A DNA stretch of 25,061 nucleotides, from contig NIVC01003701.1 of the NCBI GenBank assembly GCA_002269645.1, forward strand, positions 1 through 25,061, written 5' to 3'. Shown in pieces: positions 1-10,910 of this stretch. How positions within the stretch are numbered: the stretch's first letter is position 1; the number at the start of each line of letters is the position of its first letter. The notes beneath the pieces are model-generated. The model was not told the origin of the DNA and searched no databases. It saw only the letters and a list, made by a program, of their open reading frames with translations. The translations under genes were made by a program, and so were the position numbers. The DNA comes from Macrostomum lignano (lineage: Eukaryota).

Positions 1-82
1 AAATAACTGAAGTATCTAATTTTATTTTTAAATATATACTTTAAAAACTAAAAGCTTATGATATGAGTATAATGTACTATAT

Positions 83-242
83 TCTAGGTTGTTGTATTGT
101 AGCAAATGCTGAGACATCAAATTTAGGAATGGATTGCTGAGCTAGCAAGGCTTGGGGAAAATGCTACGAATATAAAGGCTAAGGTCAGAAGCTACATGTA
201 TATTTTCTTTGTTTGCTCCCCAATGGGCATGCAGATTGCTAG
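83..242 (+). mobile_element. Short non-autonomous Helitron-like element (3' end well defined, 5' end tentative)
   Basis: Hairpin tgctccc-caat-gggca (214-229), then gcagattg CTAG|T (239-243). Shares gtcagaagctacatgta and GCTGAG-type subrepeats with 4215-5278. Confidence 0.55.
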
Positions 243-694
243 TTAAGTAATGTATGAAAATAGGGTCTGCATACTTTTTTAACTTCTAGAGGTAGAGGGT
301 AGAGAGGCTTTGCAATATAAAGGATAGGATAGATATAATGATGTTTTACTTGATTTAAATTTTTTGACTGATACCAACCAATATCCCAGATTTAAATTTA
401 AGTATCCTAAGTTTGGACTAAATGGCACTGATATTCTGATACCTATACTATATGGAATGCCAATGGAAATAGCATATAAGGCTTCCAGTCAATTCAGCGA
501 CAAGCCAATATGGCGACAACCAATTTCGCAAATGCTAAAGGCTAGAGAATTAAGCTACTACTAAACTTGTTGAATTTTAAATATTTATACACTGCCATTG
601 GTCCCTTGAATTTAAATGATAAAAACTGTATCAATCAAAGCAATTTTAATCAAAATAATTCTAATCAAAACATTCTCAAAACTGTCTAACATTT

Positions 695-1075
695 AATGAT
701 GCTTGCTATCTAGGGGATGCTTGCTATTTGGGGGATGGTTGCTATTTGGATGATGCTTGCTATCTGGGTGGATGCTTGCTATCAGATGATGCTTGCTATC
801 TGAGGGATGCTTACTATCTGTGGGATGTTTTCTATTAAGGGGGAATGTCTGTTATCTTTGTGAAAACTTTATTTTATTGTCTTTCTATTAAGTTTAGAAA
901 AAAAGAGATCCATAGTAAACATCTTTGTCCGTGACAATTGTGCTTGAAAAAGATGATTTATAAAACTGAGAAAAAGAATCAGTTCTTAAGAAAATGTGCT
1001 TTTTAAATTGTTTTTCATGAATAATTTTTGTTCCTTGCATTATTGCGCACCCTGAAGGGGGCACTACATTGCTAG
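695..1075 (+). mobile_element. Helitron-like element with an internal ~19-bp minisatellite (5' boundary uncertain)
   Basis: Hairpin tgcgcaccc-tgaa-gggggca (1044-1063), then ctacattg CTAG|T (1072-1076). The gatgcttgctatctggggg repeats lie upstream. Confidence 0.45.
698..850. repeat. Degenerate ~19-bp minisatellite (GATGCTTGCTATCTGGGGG), about 7-8 copies
   Basis: Recurrent gatgcttgctat core visible in the sequence. Confidence 0.85.
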
Positions 1076-1321
1076 TAAGATATTTAAGTATTTAGAAGTA
1101 TTTTAATATAGCAATCAACAAATTTATTAGAGAACTAGGCTGATATATATGCAATTGCAAACCAACCAACCAACCAAAAAATTGTTTTTCCATATCTATC
1201 TAGGTAGGTATCTATATATTTGCTTTAAAGTTTTAGAAAAAAACTACTCAACTGATTTTTTTCTAGCTTTATATTTGGCTGGCTGTATTTATTAGCTGGC
1301 TATATTTATAAAAGAAATTTT

Positions 1322-1420
1322 TCCAATATACTAAAAATGAAAATCTTGCTTGTTTGTTTGTTTGTTTGTACGCAATCGATTAGAGAAAAAATGGCTGGAC
1401 CGATTTTGTTCGAACTAGCA
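1322..1420 (+). mobile_element. Helitron 5'-end-like sequence (TC...ATATACTA...(GTTT)n...GGCTGGACCGATTT)
   Basis: The layout resembles the 5' ends of invertebrate non-autonomous Helitrons as I recall them. The preceding base is T rather than A, and no 3' partner is firmly assigned. Confidence 0.4.
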
Positions 1421-1954
1421 CTGTTCGATCAGAAATGTTCCCGTGACTGTACATGCATCGTGGCTAAGAAATTGCTCGATGCTAAAGGCATTAAATATTC
1501 GAAAAACATGCTTTTTTGCAAAGGTCAAGCAAACTTTTCGACTTGAAATGCATTGTAAGAATGCTAGAGAAAAAACTGACTGGTTGAATTCTGATTCTGA
1601 AATAGATTGCATCATAACTGAATTGTAACTCCGACTTGAATTGAAAATGCAGTGTGGAAGCGTAGCACCAGACTTGATTTAAATTGCGTAACCATATTGT
1701 TAACTGATACTGACTGACTGAGAAACTGATTATGTCATAACTGCTTTGTGTGATTTACTCTATGCTTGGATTTTCAAGTGTTGAATTATATAAGTGCAAA
1801 ATTTGATGTTATCAAAACGATGAGAGCTAGCCTAGAGGTGAACAAACTGAACTGCTAAATGCAGTTTGGTTCGAATTGGTTAGAATTTTCATAGAGTAAA
1901 TAATTTTTTTAATTAAAGCTTTTCAACGTCAGGAAAACTAAAAGACTTTTTAAA

Positions 1955-4215
1955 AAGAAGCGTCATGTAAAAATCATAGAAGCATCATATAAAAAATCAT
2001 AGTAGCGTCATATAAAAATCATAGAAGCGTCATGTAAAAAATCATAGAAGCGTCATGTTAACAATCATAGAAGCGTCATGTTAACAATCATAGAAGCGTC
2101 ATGTAAACAATCATAAAAGCGTCATGTAAACAATCATAGAAGCGTCATGTAAACAATCATAGAAGCGTCATGTAAACAATCATAGAAGCGTCATGTAAAC
2201 AATCATAGAAGCGTCATGTAAACAATCATAGAAGCGTCATGTAAACAATCATAGAAGCGTCATGTAAAAAATCATAGAAATGCCATGTAAAAAATCATAG
2301 AAGCGTCATGTAAAAAATCATAGAAGCGTCATGTAAAAAATCATAGAAGCGTCATGTAAAAAATCGTAGAAGCGTCATATAAAAATCATAGAAGCGTCAT
2401 GTAAAAAATCATAGAAGCGTCATGTGAACAATCATAGAAGCGTCATGTAAAAAATCATAGAAATGCCATGTAAAAAATCATAGAAGCGTCATGTAAAAAA
2501 TCATAAAAGCGTCATGTAAAAAATCATAGAAGCGTCATGTAACAATCATAGAAGCGTCATGTAAAAAATCATAGAAATGCCATGTAAAAAATCATAGAAG
2601 CGTCATGTAAAAAATCATAAAGCGTCATGTAAAAAATCGTAGAAGCGTCATATAAAAATCATAGAAGCGTCATGTAAAAAATCGTAGAAGCGTCATATAA
2701 CAATCATAGAAGCGTCATGTAAAAAATCATAGAAGCGTCATTAAAAAATGATAGAGCGTCATGTAAACATCATAGAAGCGTCATGTAAACAATCATAGAA
2801 GCGTAATGTAAAAAATCATAGAAGCGTCATGTTAACAATCATAGAAGCGTCATGTAAACAATCATAGAAGCGTCATGTAAAAAATCATAGAAATGCCATG
2901 TAAAAAATCATAGAAGTGTCATGTAAAAAATCGTAGAAGCGTCATATAACAATCATAGAAGCGTCATGTAAAAAATCATAGAAGCGTCATTTAAAAAATC
3001 ATAGAAGCGCCATGTAAAAATCATAGAAGCGTCATGTAAACAATCATAGAAGCGTCATGTAAACAATCATAGAAGCGTCATGTAAAAAATCATAGAAGCG
3101 TCATGTAAAAAAATCATAGAAGCGTCAAGTAAAAAAATCATAGAAGCGTCATGTAAAAAATCATAGAAGCGTCATGTAAAAATCATAGAAGCGTCACATA
3201 AAAATCATAGATGCGTCATTTAAACAAGCATAGAAGCGTCATGTAAAATATCATAGAAGCGTCATGTAAACCATCATAGAAGCGTCATGTAAACAATCGT
3301 AGAAGCGTCATGTAAAAAATCATAGAAGCGTCATTAAAAAATCATAGAAGCGTCATATAAAAATCGTAGAAGCGTCATATAAAAATCGTAGAAGCGTCAT
3401 GTAAACAATCATAGAAGCGTCATTTAAAAAATCATAGAAGCGTCATATAAACAATCATAGAAGCGTCATGTAAAAAATCGTAGAAGCGTATGTAAAAAAT
3501 CTTAGAAGCGTCATGTAAAAATCATAGAAGCGTCATTTACAAAATCATAGAAGCATCATTTAAAAAATCATAGAAGCGTCATGTAAAAAATCATAGAAGC
3601 GTCATGTAAACAATCATAGAAGCGTCATTTAAAAAATCATAGAAGCGTCATATAAAAATCATAGATGCGTCATTTAAAAAATCATAGAAGCGTCATATAA
3701 AAATCGTAGAAGCGTCATGTAAACAATCATAGAAGCGTCATGTAAACAATCATAGAAGCGTCATGTAAACAATCATAGAAGCGTCATGTAAACAATCATA
3801 GAAGCGTCATGTAAAAAATCATAGAAGCGTCATGTAAACAATCATAGAAGCATCATGTAAACAATTATAGAAGCGTCATGTAAACAATCATAGAAGCGTC
3901 ATGTAAAAAATCATAGAAGCGTCATTAAAAAATCATAGAAGCGCCATTTAAAAAATCATAGAAGCGTCATATAAAAATCGTAGAAGCGTCATGTAAACAA
4001 TCATAAAAGCGTCATGTAAACAATCATAGAAGCGTCATGTAAACAATCATAGAAGCGCCATGTAAAAAATCATAGAAGCGTCATATAAAAATCATAGAAG
4101 CGTCATGTAAAAATCATAGAAGCGTCAAGAAAAAATCATAGAAGCCTCATTTAAAAACTAATGAAAGTGTCATTTAAAAAATTAAGAAGCGTCACGGTAG
4201 AATAAAAGAAACGTC
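1955..4215. repeat. 23-bp satellite (AAAAAATCATAGAAGCGTCATGT), roughly 95-100 copies
   Basis: Continuous array with AAAAAA/AAACAA variants and decayed edges. No ORF. Confidence 0.98.
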
Positions 4216-5278
4216 ATGTCAGACATGAAGGGTTCATGTAAAAATTAAATGCCATTATAATGCTGTGCTGGGGAGAAAAACTGAGGCTCTCAGAGAATAA
4301 CTGAGATTACGGGGGGGGGGGGGTTTCTGAGATGTCAAAGCAAAAGTCAGAAGCTACTTCAAAGTTCATGTCACGGGGGGGGGGCGCTGATAGAAGAAGA
4401 GATGAAGAGTCATGTAAAAAAAAGTAGCACTATGTATACATAAAATAAAAGTCATGTCGAAGTTAAAAGATTCATTTGGGAATTGCTACGATGTCAAAGC
4501 TTGGTGGAAATCGTTATAGTGCTGTGATTCTTAAAGAAGGAATCACTAAAATGTCAAGGCTTAGGGGAGAAGAATTGCTGAGATTTCAAGGCTTTAGGTT
4601 GGGTTAAAGTTAGGTTTAGGTCAGGTGTGGGTTGAGGGTTATATTTTATCGGGTTTCAAGGTTAATAGGGGATTTTTTAGATTTCAAGGTTTATGGGGGC
4701 CATTGGTGACATGTCAAGGCTTACGGGGGGAATAGCTGAGATGTCAAGGCTCACGGGGGTATAAATGAGATTTCAAGGCTAAAGTCAGAAGCTACATGTA
4801 GTTTATTGAAAACTTTTTATTACATTATTTGATGCCTCCTCAGGGGAGGGATCGCTGATAAAAAAGCGTAATGTAAAAAATAAAAGAAGCTTCATGTCGA
4901 AGTTAAGAGATTCATTTGGGAATCCCTACGATGTTGAGGCTTGCAGGGAATCGCTATAATGCTGTAGTAGTGCTATAATGACTCTTAGAGAGAATTACTG
5001 AAATTTCAATGCTTTAGGGTTAGGTTAGGGTTAGGGTTAGGGTTAGGGTTAGGGTTGGGCTAGGGTTAGGGTTAGAAGGTTAACAGATATTTTTAGATTT
5101 CCAAGGCTTATTGGGGGCATTGCTGAGATGTCAAGGGGGGAAGTTGATATGTTAAAGCTTGTGGGGGGGGGGATAACTGAGATGTCAAGGCTTACAAGAT
5201 TTCAAGGATACATGTAGCTTATTAAAAAAACGTGTATTGCATTTCTTTGGCTCCCCAACGGGGGGCGTAGATTGCTAG
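4215..5278 (+). mobile_element. Helitron-like element body: ~430-440-bp degenerate duplicated unit, GCTGAGATGTCAAGGCTTACGGGGG subrepeats and a 3' terminus
   Basis: aagtcagaagctac at 4344 and 4782; catgtcgaagttaa...gattcatttgggaat occurs twice. Terminal hairpin gctcccc-aac-ggggggc (5250-5266) then CTAG|T (5275-5279). The 5' boundary is unknown. Confidence 0.6.
5014..5075 (+). repeat. Interstitial telomeric-type repeat (TTAGGG)n, about 10 units with a few variants
   Basis: ttagggttaggttagggttagggttagggttagggttagggttgggctagggttagggttag. Confidence 0.9.
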
Positions 5279-5570
5279 TGTTTCTATATTAAAAACATTA
5301 AATGCTAGGCCTAGTATAAGCTACTGGTATGGCTAGTGTGGCCTATATAATATAAATATATATTATGGACCTTTTTAAATTTGCTTAAATATATGTAACT
5401 TTTAAAATATTTAAAATATTATGAACTTTCTTTTGTTTTAAACAGCAGTAAGAAAAACCCATCAATACACAAGCTAGGTTTACCAATAAGAAAAATCAAC
5501 TTGTTACTTTTATTTAAGATTCTACAATAGAAAGGATTGATACTTTCATCTTAAATTATTCATACATGCC

Positions 5571-5720
5571 TAACCTTAGGAAGCACTCAGCCATTTCTAT
5601 TGGCAACACACACACATGTAAGTTGCTATTGGCTGAGAGCAGTCATGTGACCACTATTCTATCCAATAGTGACTTACGTGTGTATCGCCAATAGAAACAG
5701 CCAAGTGAATCCCTAGGTTA
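5571..5720. mobile_element. 150-bp imperfect palindrome (foldback, MITE-like)
   Basis: Arms taaccttagg...tttctattggc...acacatgtaagt...ctattgg and ccaatag...acttacgtgtgt...gccaatagaaac...ccctaggtta, around a central gtcatgtgac. Confidence 0.6.
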
Positions 5721-6087
5721 TGCCCAAGCATGAAGTCATTAGAAATATCAGACCCTAGGCATTGAACTCATCCTATTATTAAAAATGTGGGCTCTATGGG
5801 TAGAAAATCTTCAAAAAGATAGGCTAAGAACTAGGCTACAAGATTTAGAATCTAAGAAGTTAATAACCCACTTTAAGGCAGAAAATCTACTAAAATATAA
5901 GATATAACCCTTTGATCCTAGCAACCCCTGGACGAGAGATAAGAAATAAGATAAGTTAAGTGCCATTAAGACTGCTTAGGGCTTAGGCCAATAATACATA
6001 ATATGCTACCTACCACCAACTCAATTTAATAAATTAAAAATAAAATATACTAAACTAAATCTTATACAAGACTTTACATGATACACT

Positions 6088-6295
6088 CAGGGTTTTCTTT
6101 TTCGCCAGAGACGAGGTGCAAAATCGCACCCTATGCTCACTTTATGGTGCGATTTTAAGGCTCAAAGTGCGATTTCTCTTTTTTCTTATATTAAGGTTAT
6201 GAGACCACACCTTAACCGCACCTACGTTTCAATTTCAGGGTGCAATTTTAAAATTTAAGGTGCATACGCACACTACGCACAAAAAATAATCCCAG
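6088..6295. mobile_element. 208-bp non-autonomous hAT-type MITE
   Basis: Perfect 8-bp TSD GATACACT (6080-6087 and 6296-6303). Imperfect TIRs CAGGGTTTTCTTTTT and AAAAAATAATCCCAG. Internal GGTGCGATTT/AAATCGCACC subrepeats. Confidence 0.85.
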
Positions 6296-7610
6296 GATAC
6301 ACTACGAGGACATTAGGAGAACATTAGAACATTACGACATTACGAGAACAAGTATTAATAGATGCATGTTAGAAAACAATAAGGAACTACAACACACTAC
6401 TCACTTACACATAGAGATGATAAATACTAAATACAGGTCTTGACAGATCTTATATAACAGGTGCACACTCATGGATATTTCTTAAATGTTCTTAAGAAAA
6501 AAATTACCTTTAAACCAACTGTGAACTAACATTCGTAATTAAAAAAAAGAAAAAATAGATTTAATGCCAGCAACACATAGTTTAAAAACTCACTTTAGAA
6601 ATTTTTTACAAACATTTGTTAAAATCATATTAAAATTAACGCTTCACACATTCCTTAGATCATCCGATCTTGAGTTCTAAAGGACTATTCAGAATTTTCG
6701 GCATTGTGAAAGTTCGATCGTATGAAGTATCGGTTTAATGAAGGGCCTTGTACACATATTGAGTTTCCATTCTACGATATGAAAATTCGGTCTTACATGT
6801 ATATGAAGTTTTGGTCTCATGAGAGACAATAATGCAGTTGTTTTCGGCGTTGTAAAATTTCGGCCATATGAAAGCGACCAATTTCGATCATAATAATTAA
6901 TTAGCACCGGTTTAGTTGCATGGTATGTATACCCATAGTTTATACCATCTGTTATTTTCGGATCCAGCATAAAAGTAATAAATAACTTAAAATGTTACAA
7001 TTTTTGTCTTTGCTTAGAAATTGCCTTTCTTGCCACTAACAAATTTTTATGGGGATATTTTGGGTCGACCTTAAAACAGTAAATTGTGCATTTCATGATT
7101 CGTAATTTTATGCAAAGCTTGCTTGTTTTGTGATTCTTGAAGTTGAGTGAGAGTTTCTCTTTTATACTTTGCTAGCCAGAATTTATCCCATGGCATATTT
7201 ACATGAACAGGTTACATGTACGCTGCACTACATATATGTACATTTCGTACACAAGCTGTATTACGTAATAAGTGAGCAGACGTAAGTGAGACTTCTGTTT
7301 TTTCTTATCTGACAACACTTAATAAATTTTTAGGTCTTCATGCGCCCTCCTAATTCTTTGGCTAATTTGTTGCTAAAAATTATACATAAGAAAAAAACAC
7401 TAACATTAAATAAATTTAAGTATTACTGCAGGTGCAAAACTAATGTACATGCGACACATCCTTATATATTCTTTATGAGAGTTTCACCAAAAAAAGATTC
7501 AACTCGCACACTTTCAAGGCAATATAATTTTAATAGAAAATACAGTGTATATATTACACTGCTACAGTTGGTAATAAAAATGACACAGATTGGACCAAGC
7601 TATTGGACAG

Positions 7611-7890
7611 TATTGCTTTTGTCAGCCTAACTGAGAATAAAGCCATTCCTGTTTCCGTTATTCCGTTCAAGCTATTGGCTAGTCATATGGCTCAGAAGGT
7701 ATAAAAATAAAAGAATACGACGCATAGACCAATCGATTCTCACATTGGATGGCTTTTTATCACTTTGCTTGTCCTTTATAGTCTATGGCCCATAGACTAA
7801 GGCTGCACGCAGCCAAGCCCTTCGCAGTCAGCGTAGGCAGGATTCTCACTTTGGATGGCTTTATTCTCAGTTAGGCTGACAAAACCAATA
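7611..7890. mobile_element. 280-bp MITE/foldback with 36-bp inverted repeats (1 mismatch), TA at both ends
   Basis: ttttgtcagcctaactgagaataaagccat (7617-7646) is the exact reverse complement of 7855-7884, and the match extends by tattg/caata. Confidence 0.8.
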
Positions 7891-8864
7891 ATGAGTCATT
7901 CGAAATTGACAACAAAAGATCTAATAAGACTCTAGAGGGAAAGCGTTGACACACAGAGAGCACATTGTTTAAAAAATAAAAGAGTATATTTCATATCATA
8001 CATAGCGATAATACGAGTTAGTTTTTAAATCAACGTTTGGCAATAAAAAAGCAGTTAAATGACAAAACTATTTAGCAAGTTGATTAGCTACACCTCGTCA
8101 TCGATGCCTTAAAGTAAAGTCCAGCAAAGAAATTGAAAACCAAAGACGCCACACCACACAAAGCATAAACGGCATAAAAGAACTATTAAATAGCTAGTCA
8201 TTTTTAAAGTAAATTTAGTTAGTTTAAATTTATTTCAATAGCCAACAACTTAATAAAACAATATCTGATATACAAGCAAATATTATGTTTTTAGATTAAA
8301 AAAACCAAAAAAATGCCAACAAAAGCACAAAAAATTGACATCTCACAGAAGGTTAATTATCTGATAGTAAAGAAAGCCAAACTAAAATGAAACTGCTATG
8401 CTTTATTAATTAAGCCAGATCAACTACACTGCTAGATTTAAAATACTAAAATAATTTTTATCACTTATATTTTTAAACCTAAATTATCACATACTGTCCT
8501 CCAGACAAAAAGAATAAAATTAAAAGTCTACCAGACAGTTTGAACTATCCTGAAGCTTTACTATTCCAATATAATTTAACTTACAAAACAAAATCCAACG
8601 AAATTTCAACTGATTAGCAGTCTACCATATGAAGAAATATAAACAATTAAGCCTACATTTATTATTTATCAAGCTATTTATCAAAGTGCAAACACTTGCG
8701 TTTTGGAAGCGCTCTTCAGACGAAAACACAATGAGTTAGCTAGCAAAGTTGTAACGAAAAACGTTATAAATAATAAAATAAGCACTACAGCTTAATAAAA
8801 CATAATACTGACATTAAAACTTGCATTTTCGCGTTGAATATATAAGAATTAAAAAAAAAAGAAA

Positions 8865-8870
8865 TTTATT
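8865..8870 (-). promoter_or_regulatory. Candidate polyadenylation signal AATAAA for PACS (another at 8658-8663)
   Basis: AATAAA on the minus strand about 160 nt after the stop, followed by a T-rich tract. The background is AT-rich, so specificity is low. Confidence 0.3.
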
Positions 8871-9029
8871 CTGAGTAAAGAAAGCCAATTTCTGTTAAGC
8901 ATTAGCATTACCTACTGCATGCTGCAAGGACGAATACTAAGTACTCTAATCAATAGAGTCTTCAAAAAGATTCACATCACGGGACTAATTGACGCAGTTA
9001 ATCACGTTATCAAATCCATATATCACAGG

Positions 9030-9157
9030 TTAAGAGAATCCGTTATTGCCTGGAGCCAAGGTGTAAACTGCAACCGGCAGAAACTTGACGCTTGTCTGCC
9101 ATTGGCTGGACAGTTGGAAGAATTTCACACCGGACCATTCAACGCCGTCCACAAATA
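9030..9157 (-). CDS. PACS: PACS terminal coding exon: (V)[41 protein letters not shown]
   Basis: Acceptor ctatttcag|, stop TAA at 9032-9030. Matches the conserved PACS C-terminus (IDGVEWxDVKFFQLAAQW). Confidence 0.95.
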
Positions 9158-9260
9158 CTGAAATAGATGTAGTAGAGAGATATTAGATTAGATTAGAGTA
9201 GATAGATAGATCGATAGTTAGATAGATAGACAGATAGATAGATAGATAGATAGATAGATG

Positions 9261-9302
<42 letters not shown>

Positions 9303-9308
9303 AAGATG

Positions 9309-9373
<65 letters not shown>

Positions 9374-9413
9374 GATAGATAGACAGATAGATAGATAGAT
9401 AGATAGAAAGACG

Positions 9414-9464
<51 letters not shown>

Positions 9465-9465
9465 G

Positions 9466-9499
<34 letters not shown>

Positions 9500-10867
9500 C
9501 AGATCTCACCCCGCATAGGCTGGCTCTTGCCAGTGCAGATCAATCTGGTCAGGCCTTCAACAGTTTCTCGCCGACTTTCCGGCTCTTTGCCTTTTTTGCC
9601 CAACCGCATGACTGCAAATAGAAAGGATTGGAAGTGCATGCAAAGCATTCAATATGAACTTTATTTATACCATAGCAACTCACTTTTCTGCCGCTTATTA
9701 ACCAGACTCAAGCTGAGGCCCCGGCCGTTGGCGGCCTGACAGACGCGCAGCGCACGAAGCGCCGGTTTTAGCGCAGTTCGCCGGTCGGATCCGCCAGTCC
9801 AATAGTCCAATTGTAAGTCGACAAATTCGCCGACGGAAGTTTGAGCGGTAGACGATTCGACGCTGATGACGGGCCGGCCACAGTCCATGCTGGGACTGCC
9901 CGGTGGTGTCGTCTGCTGCTGCTGCTGGTGGTGGTGCGGCTCCTCAGCAGTTGATGGCAGCTCTGAATCAGATTCTGCGCTGCGGTCGGCCTGGGTTTTC
10001 ATTGTAAGAATCGGTTGATGGAGGCCATAGAGGATGAAGGCCATAGAGGATGGAGGCCATAGAGGATGGAGGCAGGCCATAGAGGATGGAGGCCATAGAG
10101 GATGGAGGCCAGGCCATAGAGGACGGAGGCAGGCCATAAAGGATGGAGGCCATAGAGGATGGAGGCCATAAAGGATGGAGGCCATAGAGGATGGAGGCCA
10201 GGCCATAGAGGATGGAGGCCAGGCCATAGAGGATGGAGGCAGGCCATAGAGGATGGAGGCAGGCCATAAAGGATGGAGGCCATAGAGGATGGAGGCAGGC
10301 CATAGAGGATGGAGGCAGGCCATAAAGGATGGAGGCCATAGAGGATGGAGGCCAGGCCATAGAGGATGGAGGCAGGCCATAAAGGATGGAGGCCATAGAG
10401 GATGGAGGCCAGGCCATAGAGGATGGAGGCCATAGAGGATGGAGGCCAGGCCATAGAGGATGGAGGCAGGCCATAAAGGATGGAGGCCATAGAGGATGGA
10501 GGCCAGGCCATAGAGGATGGAGGCAACAGAGGATTTAGGCATTAAGTTGAAAGTTTAGAAAGTCCGTTTTACCCTTGCGGCATTTGAGAGATGACAATCT
10601 ACAGGAGGAGCAGCCAATTAAATGATTGTTAGTCATCAACTAACCAATCAATCGATTCTCATTCCTTCATTCGTAGGTAATCAACTAAATAATCAATCAG
10701 TCAATCAACCAATCGATCAATTAATCATTCAATCAATTAATCAGACAATTCATCAATCAATCAATCAATCAACCAATCAATCAGTCAATCAATTATTCAA
10801 TCAATAATCAATAAACCTGTCAATCAATCAGTCAATCAGTCAATCAATTAATCAGTAAATCAGTCAG

Positions 10868-10910
<43 letters not shown>

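Noticed and set aside
364-1628. Short ORFs at 364-564, 1337-1546, 1415-1615 and 1443-1628
   Set aside because: They are short, lack recognisable domains or splice context, and lie in transposon-like AT-rich DNA.
6689-6970. 93-aa minus-strand ORF as a gene or transposase fragment
   Set aside because: I recognise no motif. The DNA shows recurring TTCGG/TTCGA...TATGAA words typical of a non-coding transposon interior. A profile search would be needed to revive it.
8085-8102. TAGCTACACCTCGTCATC as a second 28S/R2 junction remnant
   Set aside because: Only about 10 contiguous matching bases, which is within chance expectation.
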